The notes under the pieces: model-generated
Told to the model about the DNA's origin: nothing
Seen by the model: only the letters and a program-made list of their open reading frames with translations
Databases searched by the model: none
In this document: in pieces, positions 29,076-37,517 of the stretch
Layout: the number at the start of each line of letters is the position of its first letter
Position numbering within the stretch: position 1 is the first letter of the stretch
Program-made: the position numbers and the translations under genes
Source: an uncultured Clostridia bacterium
GTDB taxonomy: Bacteria > Bacillota > Clostridia > TANB77 > CAG-508
Direction of reading: 5' to 3'
Assembly: GCA_904419495.1 (NCBI GenBank)
Contig: CAJFRV010000004.1
Span: 31,790 to 95,789 of the forward strand
DNA length: 64,000 nucleotides

Positions 29076-30170
29076 TTACATGATTGTTTCTAGTATTCTT
29101 AATATATTGGCATTATATATTTCATAATCAAAATTATCTTTTATTTCATATCCATTTTGTAAAAATTGTTTCATTGCTATATAAATCGCTTGTGTATCTT
29201 TTTCTACTACCATTCCTCTTCCATTTTCCACTTGCTCATAATCAGATACTTTTGTAGTTATCATTGGCTTATTTAACACAAAACTTTCTAGGTACACAAC
29301 CGGATAACCTTCATATTCAGAGGATAAAATAACGCAATCACTAATCCTAAAATATGGATATGGATTTTCTTTTCTGCCTAAGAATAAAATTGTATCTTCT
29401 AAGTGATATTCTTTTACTTTTTCTTGATATAATTTTGTATCTTTTCCATCTCCAATAAATAGAACTTTAAATAAATGATTTTCTTCTTTTAATTTTTTAG
29501 AAGCTTCTATAATTCTTGTTAACTTTTTTTGTCTTTCATCATGTCTTCCTACATTTAAAAAAATAGGAACTTGTGTTTTTATGATTTCTTGTATATAATC
29601 TTCCTCAATTGGTTCTTTTGATTTTGTAACAATGTCTCTCCCATTTATGAGATTATTACAAGTTATCACCTTGTCCTTTAAGTTAGGAAAACTCTTTATA
29701 AAGCCATTTGCCCCTTCTTTTGAAACAAATACAATATGTTTAAATTTATCACAAAAAACATTTTTAAAAAATGTTCTCATTTCTTCTTTATTCCCATGAT
29801 ATAGTGTCAAATAATCTGCATGACACCATAAGGCAGAATTTTGAGAAGCAGTTCTTGCCATAAAACTACTTGCTAAAGAATATGTAGCAAAGCTTGCTGA
29901 AAAGTCAAATTGATTTCTATATTTTATGATAAATTTTAATCGATTTCGTAAATTGCATAGTTTTCTGATTACTATGTTTTTATGAGCGTTTGTATTATAT
30001 TCAATGACATGAATTTCTTTTTGAAGTCTTTGTAAAAATTCCCCTTCTTTTTTTTCTAGTGCAATGGTTACATCATAGTTTTTTTCTACTAAATAATTTG
30101 CTAGAGTAACTAGTGCTGTTTCGATTCCACCTAAGTCTAAATCATGTGCTGCAAATAAGATTTTTTTCAT
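29076..30170 (-). CDS. GT4 (GT1-fold) glycosyltransferase
   Basis: 'LGGIETA' N-terminus and C-terminal 'SSEYEGYPVVYLES'. Confidence 0.75.
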   Translation of the reverse strand: MKKILFAAHDLDLGGIETALVTLANYLVEKNYDVTIALEKKEGEFLQRLQKEIHVIEYNTNAHKNIVIRKLCNLRNRLKFIIKYRNQFDFSASFATYSLASSFMARTASQNSALWCHADYLTLYHGNKEEMRTFFKNVFCDKFKHIVFVSKEGANGFIKSFPNLKDKVITCNNLINGRDIVTKSKEPIEEDYIQEIIKTQVPIFLNVGRHDERQKKLTRIIEASKKLKEENHLFKVLFIGDGKDTKLYQEKVKEYHLEDTILFLGRKENPYPYFRISDCVILSSEYEGYPVVYLESFVLNKPMITTKVSDYEQVENGRGMVVEKDTQAIYIAMKQFLQNGYEIKDNFDYEIYNANILRILETIM

Positions 30171-30340
30171 TTATTTTCTCCTTATTTTAGACTTTATTTT
30201 TCCTTATCTTATCATTTTATCGTTTTTTTTGCAAGTTGCTTTTTTGTATTTTGCCTATTGTGTTAATACATTTGGATTTGCCCGTATATAACAATAATGT
30301 TGTTGTTTATTAAATAGGAAAAAGCGATTTTCCCATTCAA

Positions 30341-30379
30341 TAAAAAAAGACATACTAAAATATACTTTTAATATGTCTT
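30341..30379 (-). terminator. intrinsic terminator of guaB
   Basis: Stem 30347-30360/30366-30379 with one mismatch, T7 on the minus strand. Confidence 0.7.
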
Positions 30380-30400
30380 ATAAATTATTTGTATATAATT

Positions 30401-31906
30401 CTATTTATATTGATTATCAATTTCTTTTAGAATAACATCATGTGCACTACCTTCAGAAATACTAACATCAGAAACTAATGTTAATCTTGCTTTTTCATGT
30501 AATTCTGGAATGCTTACACTTCCACAGTTACACATAGTTGATTTAATTTTTGCACATGTAACAGCTAAATTATCTTTTAATTTTCCTGCATATGGAATAT
30601 ATGAATCAACACCTTCTTCAAATGAAAGTTTTGCATCTCCTCCCATATCATATCTTTGCCAGTTTCTTGCTCTATTTGATCCTTCTCCCCAATACTCTTT
30701 TACATATCCATTTCCTTTTTTTACAACTCTTGTTGGGCTTTCATCAAATCTTGCAAAATATCTTCCCATCATAACAAAATCTGCTCCTAATGCCAAAGCA
30801 ATAGTAATATGATGATCATGTACAATTCCACCATCTGAACAAACTGGTATATAAATTCCTGTTTCTTCAAAATATTCATCTCTTGCTGCAACAACATCTA
30901 TTAAAGCTGATGCTTGTCCACGTCCGATACCTTTGGTTTCACGTGTGATACAAATAGATCCTCCACCTACACCTACTTTAATAAAGTCTGCTCCAGCTTC
31001 TGCTAAATATCTAAATCCTTCTCTATCTACAACATTTCCTGCACCAATTTTTACAGAATCTCCATATTTTGCTCTTACAAAATCAATCGTATTTTTTTGC
31101 CATACAGAATATCCATCTGAAGAATCCATACAAATTAAATCTACACCTGCATCTACTAATGCTGGTATTCTTTGTTCATGGTCTCTTGTATTAATACCTG
31201 CACCTACAATATATCTCTTATTTTCATCTAATAAAGAATTTGGATTATTTTTTCTCTCTTCATAATCTTTTCTGAAAACTAAATATTTCAAGTTTCCTTC
31301 TTCTGTTAATATTGGTAAACAAGCAATTTTGTTTTCCCATATCAAATCATTTGCTTCTGATAAAGAAATTCCTTCATGCGCCCATACGGCTTTTTCCTTT
31401 GGTGTCATAAAATTATCAATTGGAGCATCCATGTCATCTCTTGATACACGGTAATCTTTGTCTGTTACTAATCCTATAAATTTTCCTTTTGCTGTTCCGT
31501 CTTCTGTTATCATAACAGTTGAATGTCCTGTTTTAATAACTAAATCTATAACATCTTTTAATGGTGTTCCAGATTTTACATTTGAGTCACTAACGATAAA
31601 TCCTGCTTTATGTTTTTTTACTTGTCTTACCATTTCTGCTTGTGATTCAATACTTTGTGATCCATAAATAAATGCAACACCACCTTCTCTAGCTAAGGCA
31701 ATTCCCATATCTACTCCTGATACTGATTGCATAATAGCTGATACCATTGGAATATTTGCATAATATTTGGCTTCTTCTCCTTTTTTATATTTTACAAGTG
31801 GTGTTCTTAATGATACTTTATTTGGTATACATCTTTCGTCTGTTAAGTTTGGTAATAGTAAGAATTCATTAAATGTTCTTGAAATATCTTCTAAAATCTT
31901 TGCCAT
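30401..31906 (-). CDS. guaB: IMP dehydrogenase
   Basis: 501 aa; catalytic loop '[13 protein letters not shown]', CBS pair insert; GGAGG SD. Confidence 0.85.
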   Translation of the reverse strand: MAKILEDISRTFNEFLLLPNLTDERCIPNKVSLRTPLVKYKKGEEAKYYANIPMVSAIMQSVSGVDMGIALAREGGVAFIYGSQSIESQAEMVRQVKKHKAGFIVSDSNVKSGTPLKDVIDLVIKTGHSTVMITEDGTAKGKFIGLVTDKDYRVSRDDMDAPIDNFMTPKEKAVWAHEGISLSEANDLIWENKIACLPILTEEGNLKYLVFRKDYEERKNNPNSLLDENKRYIVGAGINTRDHEQRIPALVDAGVDLICMDSSDGYSVWQKNTIDFVRAKYGDSVKIGAGNVVDREGFRYLAEAGADFIKVGVGGGSICITRETKGIGRGQASALIDVVAARDEYFEETGIYIPVCSDGGIVHDHHITIALALGADFVMMGRYFARFDESPTRVVKKGNGYVKEYWGEGSNRARNWQRYDMGGDAKLSFEEGVDSYIPYAGKLKDNLAVTCAKIKSTMCNCGSVSIPELHEKARLTLVSDVSISEGSAHDVILKEIDNQYK

Positions 31907-32002
31907 ATTTTCTCCTCCATTTATTAATATTTTATAAAATTATAAAAGGACAAATCTCGCTTTACGAGAACTTTTCTCTACTTTTGTAATTCAACATATA
32001 TA

Positions 32003-32071
32003 TTAAGTTCTCAAAGAAGCGTAAAGATTTATCGACGCGAAAAATTGCTATGCAATTTTTCTGTGCAATGT
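32003..32071. repeat. family C repeat, copy 1 (~68 nt)
   Basis: TAAGTTCTCAAAGAAGCGTAAAGATTT.TCGA.GCGA.AAATTGCTA.GCAATTTTTCTGTGCAATGT. It differs at 4 positions from 56133-56200. Confidence 0.8.
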
Positions 32072-32116
32072 ATTTTATATATTAGAAAGTCGATATGACT
32101 TTCTAATATATAAAAT
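32072..32116. repeat. family E hairpin, copy 1 (20-bp perfect stem)
   Basis: 32072-32091 pairs with 32097-32116. The arms ATATATTAGAAAGTC / GACTTTCTAATATAT recur at 59507-59552. Confidence 0.75.
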
Positions 32117-32149
32117 GATGCAGAACTTCTTTGGTAATTCTGTCATCAT
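32075..32149 (-). CDS. candidate 24-codon upstream ORF in the guaB leader
   Basis: AAGGAG then ATGATG. The peptide is MMTELPKKFCIILYIRKSYRLSNI. The ORF reads through the family E hairpin and stops in its 3' arm. Confidence 0.3.
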   Translation of the reverse strand: MMTELPKKFCIILYIRKSYRLSNI

Positions 32150-32176
32150 TTTCTCCTTGAAAAAATTGATATTACT

Positions 32177-32205
32177 AGTATATCACATTTTTATCCCAGT
32201 GTAAA
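32177..32205 (-). promoter_or_regulatory. strong sigma-A promoter ~270 nt upstream of guaB
   Basis: TTTACA (32205-32200), 17 nt, TGaTATACT (-10 at 32182-32177). Confidence 0.6.
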
Positions 32206-32240
32206 CCAATTTTTCTATTTTTCTTATTATCATTTGGAAA

Positions 32241-33992
32241 TTATGTAGCCATCAATTGCTCATAATATGCATCGTATAATTTGTGATAATATCCATCTGG
32301 TATTTGTAATAACTCTTGATGACTTCCTTGTTCTAAGATTTCTCCTTTACTTAGTACGATAATCTTGTCAACATTTACAATAGTAGACAATCTATGTGCA
32401 ATAAAAATAGAAGTTTTTTCTTTCGATAATTTATCAACTGATTTTTGTATTAAAGCTTCTGTTTTTGTGTCTATATTTGCTGTTGCTTCATCTAAAATAA
32501 AGACAGATGGGTCATGAGCAAAAATTCTAGCAAATGCTAATAATTGCTTTTCCCCAGCTGAATAAGAATTTCCTCTTTCACTCGCTACTTCATCTAAACC
32601 ATTTGGTAGTGAATGAATAAATTCTTCTGCTGAAGAAAATTTTATAACCTCTTCAATATATTCATCAGATAAATTATCATTTAACTCAATATTTTCTCTA
32701 ATCGTTTTAGCAAAAATAAATGGGTCTTGTAACACTATTCCAACTTTTTTTCTTAAATATCTTAAGTTAATATCTTTAATATTTACACCGTCTAGTAGGA
32801 TTTCTCCCTTTTGTATCTCATAAAATCTATTTATTAGATTAATAATCGTTGTTTTTCCTGAACCTGTTTTTCCAACTAGTGCAATGCTTTGTCCCGGCTC
32901 TATTGTAAAGCTAACATCTTTTAGTACCCAGTCTTCATTTTTATAAGCAAACCATACATGTTTAAATTCAATTCTCCCTTTTATTGTTTCTAATTCTTTT
33001 CCACTTTCAAAATCTTCTAAATATTCTTTATGGTCTAATATATCATATATTTTATTGATTGATACAACTGCTTCTTGAATTGTCTCAAAATTTTCTACAA
33101 TACGATTGATTGGTTCAAATATTTGTTTTAAATAGGTAATAAATACATAAATAACACCTACTTCTAAATCAATATGAAAAATATGATATGTACAAGCCCA
33201 AACAATTACTGCAACACCAACGTTTTCAAAAACTGTCATCATTCCAATTAAAAATCCCTCTGTATAAGATGTTGGAATTCTTGATTTATAAAATTCTTGT
33301 GATAGTTCTGCACATTCTTTTTCTTTTTCATATTGTCTATTAAAAATCTTAATGATTTTTACACCATATATAGATTCTGCTAAAAATACATTTAATTTTG
33401 TCTTTACATTCTTAGAATATTCTCTTACTTTATTACTAATTCTTGTAATAACAACAGAAGTTAAAATTACAAATGGAATAATCATAAAACATAATAATGC
33501 TAATCTATAATCAATAGATATCATAATCACTATTAAAGCAATTATCATCACTACATCTTTTGCAAAAGTAGTAATAACATCTTTAAACATAGTAGTAATA
33601 TCTTCTACATCATTCGTTATTCTTACAAAAAGTGTTCCTGCAGGTGTTTTATCATGAAATTTCATATTTGCATATTGTGCATATTTATATAATTTATTTC
33701 TAATAGAGTAAATCACATTTTCCCCAGTCATACTTGTAGCTGTCGTTACAACAAAGTCTAAAAGATTTCCAATAAGTACAAGTGCTACATATATACTACC
33801 AATGATTCCAATTGTCATAGCTCCTTTTTGCCATAATCCAGCACTTAGATAATCATCTATTACAATTTTTATCAAATATGGCCTTACTACTTCACATATG
33901 CTAATTAGAATCGATAATATAGATATAATGATAATTGCCTTCTTTTGTGGCTTTAACATTTTATAGATTCTATGTAGAGTTTGATTTTTCAT
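32241..33992 (-). CDS. ABC exporter, fused TMD-NBD (type I exporter half-transporter)
   Basis: 583 aa; 6 TM; GKTGSGKTT, 'YSAGEKQLLAFAR'. Confidence 0.85.
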   Translation of the reverse strand: MKNQTLHRIYKMLKPQKKAIIIISILSILISICEVVRPYLIKIVIDDYLSAGLWQKGAMTIGIIGSIYVALVLIGNLLDFVVTTATSMTGENVIYSIRNKLYKYAQYANMKFHDKTPAGTLFVRITNDVEDITTMFKDVITTFAKDVVMIIALIVIMISIDYRLALLCFMIIPFVILTSVVITRISNKVREYSKNVKTKLNVFLAESIYGVKIIKIFNRQYEKEKECAELSQEFYKSRIPTSYTEGFLIGMMTVFENVGVAVIVWACTYHIFHIDLEVGVIYVFITYLKQIFEPINRIVENFETIQEAVVSINKIYDILDHKEYLEDFESGKELETIKGRIEFKHVWFAYKNEDWVLKDVSFTIEPGQSIALVGKTGSGKTTIINLINRFYEIQKGEILLDGVNIKDINLRYLRKKVGIVLQDPFIFAKTIRENIELNDNLSDEYIEEVIKFSSAEEFIHSLPNGLDEVASERGNSYSAGEKQLLAFARIFAHDPSVFILDEATANIDTKTEALIQKSVDKLSKEKTSIFIAHRLSTIVNVDKIIVLSKGEILEQGSHQELLQIPDGYYHKLYDAYYEQLMAT

Positions 33993-34060
33993 CCTTATTT
34001 ATATATAACTTTTCTATTGGTTATATATATGCTCCTTTCTTTAGTTTGATTAAAATATCT

Positions 34061-35806
34061 CTAAGCTAACATTCCTTCTTCTGTCTTTGTAGATTGCTGT
34101 TCATAAAACTCATTATATAGCCCATGCTTATAAATTAACTCATCATGTGTTCCCTTTTCTACAATTGCTCCATTACTTAATACAATGATTTTATCACTAT
34201 CTTTTACATCTGATACTTTATTTGATATGATAATACAAGTTTTCTCTCCTGAAAATTGTTTTATATTTTCTAGTAAAGTCTGTGAGGTTCTATTGTCTAA
34301 AGCTGAAAATGTATCATCAAAAATTAAGATACGACTATTTTTTAGAAAAGCTCTTGAAATAGCCACCCTTTGTTTTTGTCCTCCTGATAAATCAGCTCCT
34401 CTTTCTCCTATTTTCGTTTCAATTCCTTTTGGCATTTTAGATATTTCATCATAAATAACCGCTTTTTTGGTACTATCCTTGATTTCCTCTGTTCTATATT
34501 CCTCTTTAAATAAACTGATATTATCTTTCAATGTTGAAGAAAATAGAAAATTATCTTGTGTGATATAACAAATATTCTCTCTTAATACCTCTATTGGTAT
34601 ATCATTAATGTCTTTTCTGTCAATTTGTATTTTTCCTCTAGGAATACTATATAATCTAGTTAACAAGTTCATTAAAGTCGTTTTTCCACTTCCAATTGTT
34701 CCTATAATTCCTAAAGTTTCTCCTTTTTTTATTTCTACACTAATATTTTCTAATGCTTTATCCATTACCTCTGGATAATGAAAACTTAGATCATTAATAA
34801 CAATATTTCCTTCTAACTTATTTTTGATCTCTTTTTCTTTTACATTTACTTTTTCTGTGTCTAATTCAAATACCTTATTTAATCTTTTATAAGATATTTG
34901 TGCTCTTTTAATTCTTGCAATTAGTGGAGGAATCCAACTAACAGGTCCTACAAATAGTCCAATATATCCATTAAAAGTTACCAATTCTCCTACTGTAATT
35001 TGTCCGTCAACAACTAATTTTCCTCCAAACAATAATGCAATTGAATAACATAGTCCAAAACATACATTTACAGTAGTTGTTAATAAATTTGAATAAATAT
35101 CTACTGTATTATCATTTTGTTTTACCCTACGATTTTTCTTAATAAATTCCTCTAATTGACTTTTTTCACAAGCATATGCTTTTGTTGTTCGAATACTATC
35201 TGTACTTTCCTGTATATATTCAGATAATTCTGTAAACTGTTCCTGTGCCTTTGCAAAACTTTTTTCTACCTGATTTTTTATTTTAACAATTAAATAAGAA
35301 GCAATTAAAATAGGTATTATTGTTGCAATTGTTAAATAGATATTAACACCACTTGCCATTTGGTAAATAGCAATAATGAAAGTATATACAATTCTTGCCC
35401 CATGGGATATAATTCTATACACAGCACTTCTTATCTCATTTGTGTCTTTTACAAAATAAGACATAATTTCTCCATTTTTTATATTCTGTATATCCTTTAA
35501 TTTTAACTTTAAAAATCTCTCAAACAGTTTATCTTTTATATCTCTTTCAAATCCTCTTGAAATTACTGTTTCTGTATATTTCCAAATCATTCTTACAGTT
35601 AACAAAACAACACATATTCCCAAAAGGTAATATATGTTGTTTATAATATTTTGTTTATTTGCTTCTATATCATACAACATATCGACAATATTTCCTATAA
35701 TTTTTGCAGGAATTGTCAATAAATATATATTCAATCCTATAAATACAAAATGTATAATAGAACTAAGCTTATAATTTTTTAATGAATCTATAATTACTTT
35801 TTTCAT
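34061..35806 (-). CDS. ABC exporter, fused TMD-NBD (heterodimer partner)
   Basis: 581 aa; 6 TM; GTIGSGKTT, 'LSGGQKQRVAISRA'. Confidence 0.85.
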   Translation of the reverse strand: MKKVIIDSLKNYKLSSIIHFVFIGLNIYLLTIPAKIIGNIVDMLYDIEANKQNIINNIYYLLGICVVLLTVRMIWKYTETVISRGFERDIKDKLFERFLKLKLKDIQNIKNGEIMSYFVKDTNEIRSAVYRIISHGARIVYTFIIAIYQMASGVNIYLTIATIIPILIASYLIVKIKNQVEKSFAKAQEQFTELSEYIQESTDSIRTTKAYACEKSQLEEFIKKNRRVKQNDNTVDIYSNLLTTTVNVCFGLCYSIALLFGGKLVVDGQITVGELVTFNGYIGLFVGPVSWIPPLIARIKRAQISYKRLNKVFELDTEKVNVKEKEIKNKLEGNIVINDLSFHYPEVMDKALENISVEIKKGETLGIIGTIGSGKTTLMNLLTRLYSIPRGKIQIDRKDINDIPIEVLRENICYITQDNFLFSSTLKDNISLFKEEYRTEEIKDSTKKAVIYDEISKMPKGIETKIGERGADLSGGQKQRVAISRAFLKNSRILIFDDTFSALDNRTSQTLLENIKQFSGEKTCIIISNKVSDVKDSDKIIVLSNGAIVEKGTHDELIYKHGLYNEFYEQQSTKTEEGMLA

Positions 35807-35840
35807 AATTTAAAATCATCCTTTGTATACTTGTCTAATT

Positions 35841-35892
35841 GTCCAATTGGGTGTCCAATTGGGGACGTTTCTTTTTGGAACATTTTTATGTG
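35841..35892. repeat. family B repeat, solo arm (copy 3) with a partial 10-nt duplication
   Basis: TGTCCAATTGGGGACGTTTCTTTTTGGAACATTTTTATGTG differs at 2 positions from 57984-58024. GTCCAATTGG is duplicated at 35841-35850. Confidence 0.75.
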
Positions 35893-35926
35893 AACCAATT
35901 CTTCCTTATATGCAAATTGATTATAA

Positions 35927-36082
35927 TTAACAATTATCCTTCTTTTCAATAAAATTGTATAATTCATCATTATTAAAACCAATATTGTGATTATTCTCTA
36001 TCTGATTTTGTTTCATTTGATTATTCAGATTCATAAATTCAATTTGATCTTTAAAATTAAAATCATCAAATTCAAATTTCAT
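35927..36082 (-). CDS. hypothetical 51-aa acidic, N/Q-rich small protein
   Basis: MKFEFDDFNFKDQIEFMNLNNQMKQNQIENNHNIGFNNDELYNFIEKKDNC; weak SD (AAGGGA); no homolog recognised. Confidence 0.25.
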   Translation of the reverse strand: MKFEFDDFNFKDQIEFMNLNNQMKQNQIENNHNIGFNNDELYNFIEKKDNC

Positions 36083-36165
36083 ACTTTTCCCTTTCCACAA
36101 TATTTTTTAAATATTGTTTCTGATCTAATCTATCATTCATGTTAAATATTATAATGTATTTTAAA

Positions 36166-37356
36166 TTATTTAACAAGTCTTTTGGTTTCTTTTGCAATCA
36201 TCAATTCTTCATTTGTAGGAATTACATAAACTTTTACTTTTGAATCTGCTGTTGAAATAACCTTTTCTTCTCCTCTCATGTTATTTGCATCTAAATCTAA
36301 TTTTACACCCATAAATTCTAATTTTTCACAAATACCTTTTCTAATATTGATTTGATTTTCACCAATACCACCTGTAAAAATAATATAGTCAAGTCCTTTC
36401 ATAGCCACTGCATATTTTGCTACAAAACTTGCAATTGAATAATTAAATTGTTCAATAGCCATTTGTGCTCTTTCTGTTCCTTTATTTGATTCTTCTTCTA
36501 TTACTCTAAAATCTGGTGCCATACCTGATATACTTGCCAATCCTGATTTTTTATTTAAAGTATCTTCCATTGTTTGTGGATCTAGATTTTCCTTTTTCAT
36601 GATATATGTAATAACAGATGGATCTAAATCTCCACTTCTGGTTACCATTGGTAATCCCCCAAGTGGTGTTAATCCCATACTTGTATCTATTGATTTTCCA
36701 TCTTTTACTGCACAAATGCTAGCTCCGTGACCTAAGTGACAAGTAACAATTTTTGTACCTTCAAGAGATTTATTTTCTATCTCACCAAGTCTTTGAGACA
36801 CATACATATGAGAAGTACCATGCGCACCATATTTTCTTATATTATATTTTGTATAATATTCATATGGAATTGGATAAATATATTTGTCTTTTGGCATTGT
36901 TTGGTGGAAAGTTGTATCAAATACAGCTACCATTGGTTTCCCTTTCATTACTTTTTTACAAGCTTCCATTCCAAGTACAGCTACCGGATTATGTAATGGT
37001 GCAAATTCTCCACATTGTTTAATTTTTTCTATAACTTCATCATCAATTAAAGCTGATTCCTTAAAGATCTCTCCTCCATGAACAACCCTATGACCAATTG
37101 CTTCAATTTCATCTAAAGAATCAATTACCTTGTACTCTGGATTTGTAAATTGTTCTAATGTAAATTCAATTGCCTCTTTATGGTCATATGCAGGTTTTTG
37201 AATTTCAACTTTCTGACCATTTACTTTATGTGTAATAAAAGCCTCTTCCTCTCCAATTCTTTCGTATTTTCCAGAAGCCAATACTTCTTCTGTCTCCATA
37301 TTAATTAATTGATACTTTAGTGATGAACTACCACAATTTAAAACTAAAATTTTCAT
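36166..37356 (-). CDS. ackA: acetate kinase (second tandem paralog)
   Basis: 'MKILVLNCGSSSLKYQL', 'GHRVVHGG', 'YGAHGTSH'. AAGGAGG SD before ATG 37356; the track start at 37398 is unlikely. Confidence 0.85.
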   Translation of the reverse strand: MKILVLNCGSSSLKYQLINMETEEVLASGKYERIGEEEAFITHKVNGQKVEIQKPAYDHKEAIEFTLEQFTNPEYKVIDSLDEIEAIGHRVVHGGEIFKESALIDDEVIEKIKQCGEFAPLHNPVAVLGMEACKKVMKGKPMVAVFDTTFHQTMPKDKYIYPIPYEYYTKYNIRKYGAHGTSHMYVSQRLGEIENKSLEGTKIVTCHLGHGASICAVKDGKSIDTSMGLTPLGGLPMVTRSGDLDPSVITYIMKKENLDPQTMEDTLNKKSGLASISGMAPDFRVIEEESNKGTERAQMAIEQFNYSIASFVAKYAVAMKGLDYIIFTGGIGENQINIRKGICEKLEFMGVKLDLDANNMRGEEKVISTADSKVKVYVIPTNEELMIAKETKRLVK

Positions 37357-37399
37357 TTTTTCCTCCTTAAATATTTTAAATTTATTTGCTAATCCCATG

Positions 37400-37517
37400 T
37401 TGGAAAAGAATTGTGCTTTTGGCTAGGCAGCCAGTCAAAAATCAATGAGGCATGCTTTTGCACGTTGATTTGATTTTCGATGAAATCCAACAACGTCAAA
37501 ACGCAATTATTTTTCAA
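37400..37517. repeat. family D structured element, copy 1 (5' of the second ack; overlaps the stop codon of the first)
   Basis: Aligns end to end with 39840-39959. Terminal 13-mers pair with each other; the internal helices covary. Confidence 0.75.
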
